Assembly: GCA_009103225.1 (NCBI GenBank)
Contig: RHPI01003330.1
Span: 194,472 to 258,471, forward strand
Source of the DNA: Chlorokybus atmophyticus
Lineage: Eukaryota > Plantae > Mesostigma and Chlorokybus algae
Direction: 5' to 3'
DNA length: 64,000 nt
Part shown: positions 14,782 to 29,392 of the stretch, piece by piece
Numbering within the stretch: the first letter of the stretch is position 1
Layout of the letters: every line of letters begins with the position of its first letter
Notes under the pieces: model-generated
Databases searched by the model: none
Seen by the model: only the letters and a program-made list of their open reading frames with translations
Told to the model about the DNA's origin: nothing
Made by a program: the position numbers and the translations under genes

Positions 14782-16153
14782 AAGTGAGTTCAGGAGTATG
14801 CACCCAAGAAGAAAGAGGGACGTGTTACTGCATGTTGCTGCGAGAGAACTGATGGTTATGGCCAGCTTGTGGGTTCAAGACTTTGTGACCTGGTGTGGGG
14901 ACTGCTACGGTGCATGGAAAACATACAGTGCACATGACTGCACCAAGCTTAATCCAACAGTCCATTGGTTGGGTATAGCATGCCAGGCAGCAGGACAATC
15001 CGTCTTGCTGTCATTTGTACCTTTGGGCCTGAGGTTGCACCCTCCCCACCATGGCTCAGGGCTTCTACTTCACACAGGTTTCGTATATCCCCTTGTGCTT
15101 GAACGCATCATGGCATCTAGTTCCCGTTGGCACATTCTCAGCAATGAAGACGCCCCCTACAGCTCTGCACGCGAAGGCCTAGTTGCAGCCTGCGCTTACA
15201 GCGCAGTAGTAGTATAGCACTGTACCCCTCAAACCACGCTGGTGGTGACAACCCTTGCGCGAAACAACAATACTTACAATACAAACAAAGCAACAGACGC
15301 CGCCACCCTCATACACACGCGCGCACCGCCACCTTCGCACAACACCGCCACGGCTGGGCTCCTGTTCGCAGTGCACAAGGCTGCAGCACAGTGGTGGCAG
15401 GCGCAGAGTCCCCCGATTTGGGTGGGAGCGCACGTGACTTCCCGCGCAGATCGCTGCCACCACACTCCCCGAGTTCAGTGATCTTTAGAGCAATCGGCAA
15501 TCCACACCCGCGGGATCACTAGTCGTATCAACGCGTGTCACGTGACTGCCCTGCTCCCATGTACTGAGGTGGCGCCAGGCAAGCCCCACTGGCGGCAGCT
15601 GCGTGGCTGGCGTACATTGTCAAAACGTCGAGGTCGCTGTAGCCGGGCCAGAACCCCATGCCTGCGGTGCAGAAGGATGCTGGATGTCACACCGTACTGT
15701 GATTGCGTGCCAGAGTGAGCAAGCCACTTGAGAGTGTGCGGAGCCAGCATTCTCGCGCACTAGTGATAAAGGCGGTACGCTCGTGCTGATTTTCCACCAA
15801 TTCCCCTGCGGCCCAGGAAGTGCATGCTATGCAAGGTCTTTGAGAATTGTATGAAGTTGTGGTTTACTGAGTCATGGAAGTGCATCATCAGCAATGGAAG
15901 TTTGCAGCTTTGTAAATGTCCTTCACAAACAATGGTAGTGAACACTAAGGGTGCCTGACATGGCGACTCCACCAATCATTGTGCTACACAAGCACCGATG
16001 TCGGATTTGCTGTAGTCAAGGTCTGTGTCGCTATCAACAGAAAAACAACTATTTACACAGTTGATATTTACGCAGTAATAAACTGGCTGAGTCAATGAAT
16101 TCAATCTGTTACATCTACCTGTACATAAACCAAACACATACCAATGGCTGACC

Positions 16154-18374
16154 TCAGCAGTCAAGCGTTGTATCCCGCTCCCACTGCGTCAAGTGGCCCA
16201 TGAAGTCATCCCACTGTTGTATCTTGAGCTTGATGTAGCTGTCAATAAATGAACTCCCAAGCCCCTCCCGCAAGGCCTGCGCCACGTTGATGACACAATG
16301 CATTCAGCGTATAGACTGATCGGTGAACAGCTCACAACCTGGTTTTTGTGCGTTGGAAGCACATTGACCCACCCAACCTGACTGTGACTACCATCCTGTT
16401 CAACAGCTTACCGCTTAGCATGTTCATCTTTGAGCTACCTTAAGTCGCGACTGTGACTAATGGCTGCAAGCGATACCTGGCAGCTGTGCAGAGCACGCAG
16501 GGCGTCTAGGAGGTTAGCCGGTAGCCGGCGGACCTCTTCAGCCGTGTGCGCATGATACTCGTACATGTTGTTGTCCATGCGTGGCCCCGGGTCTGCGCCG
16601 GTTTTAACGCCGTGCAGCCCGGCAGCCAGCAACGCCGCTTGCAGAAGGTACGGGTTCACAGCTCCATCTGCTAACCTCAACTCAAGCCGTGACGCATCCG
16701 GTATTCTGTTAGAAGTTTCATCAACAACCCATGGGGTAAGTTAAGAGTGGTTCATGAACAGTGGTTCATGTCACTGACCGAATCATGTGGGTGCGGTTGT
16801 TGCCTGTGTATGAGATTGTGTTTGGCGCCCAAGTCGCCCCGGAGTGAGTGACGGGTCCGTTTGTGCGCTTGTAAGAGTTGACTGTGGGGTTGGTGATCGC
16901 TGCAAGAGCTTCTGCACAGCTGAGAAGTCCAGCAATGAAGCTGTACGCCAGCTTGGACAAGCCCTGGTATGAGCTTGTTTATGTGAGCACTCCATTGACT
17001 GTGACACAACACATGCCTCTGAAAGCACACGTACAACATTGCACATCGGCTACTAACCTTCTCGTCATTCTTGTCTGCAAACAGGTTCTGAGCGCCGTCT
17101 GGGGACCAAAGGGAGGCATGCACATGGCATCCGTTTCCGGTGAGCTGCGCAAATGGCTTCGGCATAAAAGTTGCCCTAAAACTGTGCTTCTCTGCAACGC
17201 TCTTCACCATGAACTTGAAGAAAGCGTGCCTGTCTGCCGTCACCACCGCGTCATCATACTCCCAGTTCATCTCGAACTGTCCGTTGGCATCCTGCAACGC
17301 AATGTGTGATCATACGAACTGTGCATACTGACCCTCATCAGCAAAACACACACAATTCACGCACAACACGTTTCATACTCCTGTATGATCTGCAGTCAAA
17401 GCCATGTCATGCCTACCTCATGGTCGCTTTGGTAAGGCTTCCAGCCTAGCTGCTGCATGTAGTCACAGACCTCCGTGATGATGTCGTACCTGCGCATGAT
17501 GGCACCCTGCAAGGACAGCACTGCATTGGTGTAGTGTGCGTGACAGGTGTGATTCCTTCCTGGTCTGCCATCATGGCGACTTTCTGCTTCAAGTAATACA
17601 CATGTCAAGTTTGTTGAAATCCTGACCTGGTCGTAGCATGGTTTGTCAGAAGTGTCCCGCACATCGGCAATGCTTTTGCCATCCTCAGCAAGCAGGAAGA
17701 ACTCGCACTCTACACCCGTTTTCAAAACGAATCCGTGCTTCGCGGCCTCAGCAACCTGACCGTGGGACAAGAAGAGCAACGTTGTCGGCAGTGGCATCGC
17801 ACACAAAGGCATGATGATATGTTTCAAACGCCCACCTGTTGCTTGAGCACAGTGCGCGGCACTTGCGCTATGGGTTCGCCATCCATAAACAGGTCCGCAG
17901 CCACCCATGCCAGCTGGGGCTTCCAAGGCGCTTGCATGACACTTGAAGCGTCTGGAAATGCAAGCTGGATGATGTGGGAGTGTCTAAGTAAGGTTGGCGA
18001 CACTCGTATACAACTCAACTCGACTGCCTGTGGCGCTGTAGCTACAGCTAATCAGAGTACAAGCCAGCAAATGACAGTTGTTACCACGTCAGGATGAGCA
18101 GGTGTGAGGTCCATATGAGTGGCAAACCCAGCGAAGCCTGCGCCATTAGTGCACATCTGGCCAATTGCTGCTGCTGGCACCAACTTTGAGCGGGCCACAC
18201 CAAACAGGTCGAGGAAAGTAATCTGCAAGCCAGCACGCCAGACACATCAACCAAGCTGCACAAGTGTTGGGGTCCACGATGCCACGCACCTACCATGAAG
18301 TACTTGATCCCCTTCGTTCTGGCAAACTCCTCGAGGTAAGGTGCAGCGTTTTCCGCAGCCGGCTGCCCCACCAT
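16154..18374 (-). CDS. glnT: Bacterial-type glutamine synthetase III / gamma-glutamylmethylamide synthetase family (GlnT/GmaS-like), 9 exons
   Basis: Spliced product: FARTKGIKYFM-ITFLDLFGVARSKLVPAAAI...GAGFAGFATHMDLTPAHPDV-LAFPDASS...PWKPQLAWVAADL...KTGVECEFF...KPCYDQ...YQSDHE-DANGQFEMNW...FMPKPFAQLTGNGCHVH...NPTVNSYKR...SGATWAPN...GNNRTHMIR...ELRLADGAVNPYL...WERDTTLDC*. All 8 introns are GT-AG and keep frame. Confidence 0.92.
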
Positions 18375-19086
18375 TGCATGCAGCTGGTCTTACAATGTAC
18401 TCAAGGGCCTTCCAGAGCAGGCAGTCAACTGAGACAGTGCTGGTTGGCAAAACAGTAGTGAAGAGCTGCGTTGAATGCTTGTTCCTCCTGTTGACGGTTG
18501 ACTCTCAGAATCCCAGGCATGCAGCGTGCGCTTGGTTGACTGCCGGTAGTGCGCAGTAGCTCACAAAAGCAGAAACGATGTCATGTGCTTCTGCAACAGC
18601 CCAGTTCACCGACCAGCACACAAACCACTGCTGTTGCCGTTAAACTTACATAACTTTGCAGCACAGCAGATGCTGCTGACAGACAGGGTGTCTGAAGTGC
18701 TGCAAGTGCTGTGTGGTCTCTCGTTGTCTCTACAGCACCCCGACAGCCATTGCAACAAACAACACGCAGCAACAGCAGCCCAGCTGCATAGTCAGCACAC
18801 AAACCAGTCATGCATGTGGACACGGATCTATCATTCTCAATAACACCACCTGTCTGCGCGCACCACCGCCTCCACCTTCGCAACCACATCCACATACAGA
18901 GCCTTGCTTGCCTTTCAGCGCTGCAAGCGACACTGCATTAAGCATGCTTGCATAGAGTGTTATGCTTATATGCAATCTGGAATACGCAGGCTCTCTATGC
19001 GGGTTACGTTGAATTACGCAAGACGGCGTAATTGACCTAAAGGGGAAGGCTTTCTATACACTTCTTACGTGGCTGAATTGGTGGCG

Positions 19087-21668
<2,582 letters not shown>

Positions 21669-22438
21669 TTTAGTTGCTAGTTCATTATACATTGGTTTGG
21701 TATGCATGCGCTTCGGTTGTGTATTTTTCCCGCCCAGTGCGGTAATTTCTTCCACAACTGGTGAGTAAGATTGGATGAGCTGCTGCACTGCGGATTGTCA
21801 CAATGTGGGCATAAAGGATCACCTCGGGGTGAAGTCAAAGCAAGCAAGGGCAGGTTAAAATAAGCGATCTGTTGTAAACAACATATTCAAACCTCACTTC
21901 TGCTTGCCATGCCTTGAAGCGTCTGTTGTTGGAGCTTGACAGTTCACCTCGCATGGTCGAGCGGAATTGTTTGGATTGTGATGGGCGCATTGAAATTCTG
22001 CCAGTGTGTCAGCTGTCACCTGTGAACTCATCACGAGACACTTGGCAAAGCACTGTTTCACGGCCACAACCAGTTTGATTTCACTTACGAGACAGCATCT
22101 TCTGTAATAATATCCGTTTACATTGGGAACAGGTCAGACAGACTACACAGAGTCTTAGGGGTATGTCATGTGGGCCGCATGTGCCTACATGTCAACGTGA
22201 ATATATGAGCTACTCATACCAAGATTGTTATTACCATCTGCTACCAATCATATTCTGCCAATCCTGTCTACATTGCCGTCGCACAACTCCTGCAAGGTAA
22301 GCCCCCAGTACGCATGCGCACCGCTCTCATGCTTGCCCAACACTCACTACCCTACAACTGGCCGAGCCACAGCGCAGCCTTCTCTTGTGGCAGCCGCACA
22401 TGGGCGCATGCGGTCAACTCAACTCAACAGAAAACCTG

Positions 22439-23349
22439 CTAGCTCGTGTCAGGGGCTGGGGGCGGGTTCCTCTGCTGTTGCTGCTCCCGTTGTTGTTGCT
22501 GCTGCTGCTGCTGCTGCTTTTGTTGTTGTTGTTGCAGTTTCCTGCGCGCGGCTTCCAGCTCCTCCTCCGACGCCGACCAGAACCTGTCCCTGGCTTCCAG
22601 CACCTTGTGCCTAATCTGATCACACACGGACCCACAGCATGTGAGCCAAAGGTTTTGGAGCACAGAGTGCCTTGTCGCGCGCAGACAATGCGATCATAAT
22701 ACAATAACAATCAATATGAGCGGGGAGCGTAGCAGAGACCACTACACTATCCTTGCGAGCAAGGGATTGGTGTCGGGTTTTGCCTTGTGAAAAGCGTATC
22801 ACGCTTCATACAACATACACACACAATCACACATGTGCAAGCGCACACACGCGCATGCGTGCAACATGCCATTGGTATAGCCACCATGTTGGTTGGGTGA
22901 TATGTTACCTGCTGGTTGTTTGACCGTGAGGCGCACAAGCACACCACAACAAGCATTTTGATAACGGTGTCATCCTGCACATGGCATGCCCTTCAGCACA
23001 GCAACAAGTGCACGAACACGACAACCTTGCTCAGTCGTCTCTCTGTGAATGCAAACCCAATACGCATGCACAACAGCAAGCAAAGAGAGATATAGAGGAC
23101 AATACAGAGGTTCGCCATTGGCGCATTGGACGACGGCGTTGCTTATCACTGCAGGAGGTGCAGCTGTTGTGACATGTGTGCTAATTTCAAAACATTTCTC
23201 ATTCTCACCGGTGTGAACACGTTCTCCCTCCCGTTCCCCTTCCCTCCCCCGTAGTCCGCCACCAGCAGCGCGGCCGCCAGCGCCGCCGTGCCGAACAGCA
23301 GCACCGCCCTGTAACGCAGCTGCCACGGGGTAGGCGGCGGGTCCGCCAT
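22439..23349 (-). CDS. Small single-pass membrane protein of unknown function with poly-Gln tail (exons 23349-23209 and 22615-22439)
   Basis: MADPPPTPWQLRYRAVLLFGTAALAAALLVADYGGGKGNGRENVFTP|IRHKVLEARDRFWSASEEELEAARRKLQQQ...DTS*. Phase-0 GTGAGA...CAG intron; one hydrophobic segment. Confidence 0.65.
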
Positions 23350-23621
23350 CAACACACCTCAACCCAGTCCGCCTACTCCTTGTCGTACTCGTCCTCTCCT
23401 TGCTCCTTTTCTCTTCCACTTGCTTGTCTACCGCTTCCTTGTCCGCCGCCGCCTCCCTGGCCGACGAGTTGCACAGCTCTGTGCATGTGAGCAACAAACA
23501 ACAAGTTCTATATTGCAGAGATAGCCATAACGGCAGAGTGAGAGTGCTGCTGCTCACAGGCAGGCGGCGGTGGCAGTGTCGGCGACGGTGGGTTGAGGTT
23601 GCTGCACGGCGTGGGGTGTGG

Positions 23622-24351
23622 ATGGAGGGGTTTGACCTGCAGGGGCGAGAGGAGGAGGAGGAGGAGGCGGTGCGGGTGGAGGAGCAGCGGGAGAGGGTTA
23701 AGCAGCTCGACAAAGAAGTGAGCGCTGAGGGGTGGCCGACTGCATGCAAGTTGTGCTGTGGTGCTTAATCCAATCGCTTGCTTGCCTGCTTGGTTCAGCT
23801 GCTTCGCTATGGTTTGCTTGTGAATCCATGCTCGTTGGTAAGTGCTGCTTAATTGCATGCAGCTGCAAGCACTCGCTTGTTGCTTCATTTGTGCGACTGC
23901 CTTAGGTTCAAGTGCTGGAAGTCACTGCGGCTGAGCTTGCGAGCCTCAAGCCTGGCAGGGTGAGCAGCAACAGTATGTAAACCAGCTCCAAGCTGCTGCG
24001 TATATGGTTTACAAATCGAAATGTGTATATGACAATCTGGCTGAAGCTTTGCTTCTTCTTTTGTCGTTGCCTGTGCTGTGCTCAGAGAGCGTATGAGAAG
24101 TTCGGCGGGGTGTTCTTCGCTCGGGACGTGAAGGCGTTGCGTGCTAGCGTGAGAGGTAAGCACAAAAAGAACACGCATACTCGCACACGCAGACGCACTT
24201 GAGCGCGCGCGCGCGCGCAGGCACGCAGCCACAACGCACGCACATCATGGGGTTACACAAGTTGGCAACGACGACCCTTCTGACTACAGATGAGATGGCG
24301 ACCAAAAAGTCCGAGCGCGACGGGTTGAAGCTCGGAGCACCCCTGCCATGA
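23622..24351 (+). CDS. 106-aa prefoldin-beta-like protein (ASDURF-like); exons 23622-23717, 23799-23837, 23906-23959, 24086-24155, 24290-24351
   Basis: Four canonical GT-AG introns with compatible phases give MEGFDLQGREEEEEEAVRVEEQRERVKQLDKELLRYGLLVNPCSLVQVLEVTAAELASLKPGRRAYEKFGGVFFARDVKALRASVRDEMATKKSERDGLKLGAPLP*. The helix-[EL..LK..R..Y..FGGVFF]-helix layout matches the beta-prefoldin pattern. The gene is absent from the ORF track because the exons are short. Confidence 0.72.
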
Positions 24352-26781
24352 CATCAACCGATTCACTCTCCCGCATGCCACTTCCAACACTCGGCCGCGC
24401 TCTTTACCATGCCGCCGAGGCGGGAGATGCCTGCAAAGTCGATCAGCTTTGCTGTGAAGCGGTCGCGCGAGACAGGTCTCAGCTGGACTGGTGCGGTGCG
24501 GAAGGGTGCAGCGCGCTCCACATCGCGGCGCGGTTCGGACGCACGGAGGTCGTGTGCTGCCTGCTGCGGGTGGGCATCTTGGGTTGGTGTTTCGGGTTCG
24601 CTGACATGCGACACGCATGGTTCTTTTCTGGCATGATGGGTTGTTTATTCGGTTGTTCAGCTGGTCTGGTCATGTGGGTCTCTCATCCCCTCGTGTCCGC
24701 ATGTGAGTGCGTGTGCATGCATGCATTATGGCGAGTTGATTGAAACAATGTGTCATTGTCGTAAGCAAGCTGTTGGTCTCACGGTGGGTCAGCATCACGT
24801 AAGCTTGTTTACTAAAAGTTGCAAGGCGGGAGCGGTCGTGTGATCGGCTGCATTGCATGGTTAGATGTGTGTGCTTGGTAACATCACATACTCAAGCCTG
24901 GAGCACATGCACCTTGATTGGGCGTTATTTGGGTCAAAGTGTGTCAGCACTCTTGGTGAACACCAGTTCTCTCTGCGCGCATGCGCACATAGTTGTTGAC
25001 GTGTGTCTCTGCTCTGCAGGCCGGTGCGAATGTCCAGCCTCGGGACCGCCGCGCGAAGACCCCGCTGCACGAGGCGTGCGCTCACGGCCACGTCCACTGC
25101 GCTCTTGCGCTGCTCGAGGCCGGTGCCGCCGTCGAACCCCGCAAGACTAACGGCTTCACGCCGCTGCATTCGGCCGCTGCAGGCAAGAGTTCGAGCATAC
25201 AGGTGTGCAGAGTGGCGCCACGTGCTCGTGGCTTTCCACCAAGTTATTTCGCATAGCCATTCAGCGCAAAACATTTCTTGATTTTATGAAACTGACTTTA
25301 TCATCAGCCCTCTTGTATGCAACGAGAATATTGCGCACACAAGAGTTGGCACCATGACATACTGTTTCATACCGTGCATACATGCTTGCACATGCAGGTA
25401 CACACGTAGGTGTATGCGTGCGTGCACATGTTCATGCTTGTGCGTGAGTACCAAGCAACATAGGGGCGTTGCTTTTGCAATATGTGCCTGAGCCAAGTAA
25501 CTCCCCTTCGGTTTCAAGCAGGTGGCTTCCTGGAACCTGTACAGTTGCTCCTGTCATCCGGCGCATCCGTGTCCGCCATGACTCGCGTGGGCGAGCACCC
25601 CCTCCACCTTGCTGCGCGTCGCGAGTCCACGGACGTCATTAATTGCCTTCTCCATGCCAAAACCAACGTCAACGCCCTTACACGGAACGGTCGCACACCT
25701 CTCCACTCGGCCGCGATCGGGGGACACGTAGACGCGGCGCGTGCGCTCGTGCATGCGGGCGCCGTTGTCAACGCCGCCGATAAGAGCGGGGCGACGCCGT
25801 TGCATGATGCGGCGGCGGCGGGGAGTGACGGGGTGGTGAGAATGCTGATTCAGGCAGGTAGTTGGCTTATGACAATCGTGCGATTGTTCGTCGGGTTGTT
25901 GAGTCCCAAGAACTTCATCATTGCAGTATCATCTACTTCATGGTGTTTGATTGCCTTATGTACTTGTGTTCACCCATGCATACACTCTTTTTTATACCTG
26001 TTTGTGTTTTGTGGGTGCCAACAGGCAATCAAAATGTATGTTTGTCAGGGGCTGAGGTTGATGCTAAAGACGGGAGCGGCTGCACTCCGCTGTTTCAAGC
26101 AGCGCTTCACGGGCACACCGAGACTGCGTCGTTTCTGATTCATCACGGTGCAGCTGTGGATGCCACCGACAAGCTTGGGTCGACACCTCTCTACTGGGCT
26201 GCGAGCAGGCAATCTTACCTTATCATCACGCAAATCAAACACATGACACAAACGCGCACATGCCGCACTGGGGAGATATGTCCTTCTCCACACGTTGCGC
26301 ATCAGAATTCAAGTTGACAGGATGTGTAGGAAGTGAGTGTCAAAGGTTATCGCATCGTATTCAAAGCCCGCGTCAATACCATACCTGGCCAACCTGTGTG
26401 CACTTGTGTGAATCAGTCCGAATGTCACTCAAACTTACACAAGTAGCTGGTTGTCTATCAAGAGTTATATTGTTTCAAGGACACACCATGCATTGCGTGC
26501 TGTGCCGAGAGCTGCCAAAACCACACATGCTTCTTTTCCTCAGGGGCGAAGCCGAAGTCATCAACCTCCTGCTCGCGCACGGTGCGGACCCCAACGTGGC
26601 CAACAAGCACCGTTCCCCGCTCCACATCGCCGTCGGGACCGGGGCCAGAGTGGAGGAGACCGTCGGCGCGCTGGTCGCGGGCGGCGCCTGTAAACATGCC
26701 ATTGATAAGGATGGTCGCTCGCCCGCGGAGGTCGCGAGGGCGGTGGGGACAGCGGGGCGGGTGGTTGATTTGTTGGAGTGA
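24348..26781 (+). CDS. Ankyrin-repeat protein (many repeats, 5 exons)
   Basis: Repeated TPLH/SALH.AA..G motifs: SALHIAARFG, TPLHEACAHG, TPLHSAAAGG, HPLHLAARRE, TPLHSAAIGG, TPLHDAAAAG, TPLFQAALHG, TPLYWAASRG, SPLHIAVGTG; stop TGA 26779-26781. Confidence 0.9.
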
Positions 26782-26991
26782 GTGAGGTGGATGGGATGGT
26801 TAGAGAGAGGGTGTTCAAAGACGTAGTGGGGATTGAAGGCATGCGCTTGGCTCGCAGCATGGTGCAGAGTAGGCAACATGCTCGTTGAAGCAACAGGCAC
26901 AGTCACAGGCACTCACTTATACAGCCACCACCGGGCTAGGCACTCACATGGCTAGCTATCTGTGAGCTAAGTACTCCTATAGCCCCACCCC

Positions 26992-27017
26992 ATGCATGCA
27001 TGCATGCATGCATGCAT
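26992..27017. repeat. (CATG/ATGC)n microsatellite; other simple repeats at 12459-12490 (CTAC), 22480-22545 (CAG/CAA), 29023-29044 (CCCA), 29983-30030 (GTGC)
   Basis: Directly visible tandem units. Confidence 0.85.
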
Positions 27018-29228
27018 ACACGCAGTTACCTGCATTCAGGCATGTACAGACTATGAGTAGTGCATCGGTAGTTAGAGCAGATGTGAGCATTAGCATGGTG
27101 TGCAGTGCGCAGCGTGCAACAGCAACCTGCCCCCCTACTCCCAAGCCTCCTTCCAGGTCCCCGCTTCCCCGCTCTCCGCCTCTCTATGCTACCCCTGTTG
27201 TCCGCTAGGGACGTGTTACATATGCTACATACGCAACCCTGGCTGTGCGGCGCTGCAGCTGAGGATTCCGTTACCTAGGGTCCCTCCCTGTGTTTAGTCA
27301 CACGTTGCCACACTTATGTACGTTGTGATCAGCAAGCATCAACAGTGTGTAATATGCATTTGACAATACACTGAGTATGATATGATGCATATTACATAAG
27401 TTATTTCACAATTTTGATGTTGTTGCTATACTACAAATACATCATGCAAAATCGTATTGTATAAACATACAAATATCAGTGGCATCCTCATTGCATCACA
27501 ACATGGGTGTATTCTCATTGTCATAACAACATGTCAAGGCCCTCGATATACATACTAGGGGCAGAGACTAACCCCAATACAAGTAAAGTTAAACCTTGTG
27601 CTAAGCACACTGTCGGTGTCAAATAATGTTGTGCTTACTTAAAGGTATGCTTCTTTTAGTCTATGCACATTGTGCATACTGACTCCGTAATACTGAGCAT
27701 AAACCTCTTAATATACACAGTGTGCATATTGCAAATCCTTGACATCGAGTCCACATTATTGATATACATCATAGCAAAGCCCAAAACTTTTGGTATATTA
27801 ATAAAAGGTCCAATATCACTTAATTGTATATAGTGTATACATCAAGTACAAAAATAGATTTCACATTCTCCCTCTCCATATGCACAAATGGGCCAACCCA
27901 AGTGTGCTTGCATTCATGTGCATGTGCTTGCAAATGATGAAGGAGTTTTGTTGCTGGGAGTTGTGTTCGTGTGAAAAACATGTATGCATAAATGATATGC
28001 ATGGTTTGAGTGTGCATACAGAGAGGTTAGACTGTACAAGGCACGAGTATCGTTGACAATAAACTTTCGATTTGCTTAGAACTGTGGCACGCATAAACAT
28101 GTTGAAGTCTTGTTAGAGCTTGGTCAGCGCAGCACACGCAACAAACTGTAAATGTTCAGCACATGTTGTCTCCAGCTATAGTACATGTAGCTATGTTGCT
28201 AACATAATCACATGTATAATTAGCTCCAAGGCCTTTAGCCTAGCGTATCGTAGATTACTATAAGGTCAATCTTATCGTCATCTTATTTGTGTTTGCGTGA
28301 TAATATGTATCTATGCTGTATGCCTTCATTATGACCAGTGAATTGTAGCGTTGATGGTGCAACTTATGTGTCTGCAACGCATCAGACAGCGCGTGCGAGG
28401 GGGTGGGGGTGGGGGGGTGGGGGGGGCGAGGGGGACAATCTTATCAAACTTTGCAATGTAAAGTTTAACAATCGTGTATTATATATACGTATCTTGTATT
28501 GTAATGCCACAATACAACCCATACTCACTTTTGCAAATTGATAGTCAATTCAACCTGTTTATTCTGATAATCTGATAAAAAGGAATGCACTTATGTGAGC
28601 CCTATTGAGGCCCTTTTTAACACCTAGTGAAAATGACAACCCCAAGCCACTGCATCAATACTTTTGCGTCGTAGATTACGACTGGTAATGTATGTGTCAC
28701 TATGGTACTGCAGATACACCGTATATAGCACCCAAACCCGTACTGCACGCCGTAATCGCTTGTGACACTCGTGTGTGAATTACGCTACTGATGACGAGGC
28801 TGGTCACGTGACGTCTCCTCCTTTCGTCAACCAAAAGAACTGACAGTAGGCGGCCGTACGGTACCGGCACAGCNACGGTTCGTTGCTGCCGTGGAGACAA
28901 GTTGTTCTCAGACAACGCCCTGCCTGCCGCTGTCTCACGATCGGCCTTACAAAAGGAGGAGGTGGTGGTGGTGGTGGTAGTGGTGGCCATTGGAGCTGTT
29001 GGTTTTCAACAGATCGACAACCACCCACCCACCCACCCACCCACAGAGAGTCTCTCAGAGACAGAGACAGAGTGGCTTTGCGTAACAGACCTACTTTGCA
29101 GAACTTCTTGCAAACATACATTGGGCTACTGCCACTCTTCCTCGCTGTGACCACGCCATCCATCAGCCTATCTGCCTCACCACACTCACCATCTACCAAC
29201 CACTGGCCGATTCTGTGCGCACGCCCCN

Positions 29229-29378
29229 CACAAGTTGCACGTCGGCTAGGCCAGGCCAGGCCAGGCCAGGCCAGGCTTTGAGGAGCATGCCTGATTGGGA
29301 GTGGGATGCCTAGCCTCTCGATCGTTCTTTAAGAAGATGTGCACACAGCTGGCTAGAGGGTCTGTAGGGTAAGCTGAG
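29229..29378 (+). repeat. 150-bp dispersed direct repeat, copy 1 (contains (GGCCA)5)
   Basis: Base-for-base identical by eye to 35646-35795; immediately preceded by a single N (29228). Confidence 0.9.
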
Positions 29379-29392
29379 CCCACACACACACA

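Noticed and set aside
18580-18950. Possible extra N-terminal (targeting) exons for the GlnT/GmaS-like gene
   Set aside because: There is an in-frame TAA just upstream of the 18374 ATG, and I could not build a frame-consistent upstream exon chain.
28875-29227. Possible upstream exon of the peroxidase
   Set aside because: Bounded by two single Ns, and the peroxidase already has a complete signal peptide from ATG 29393.
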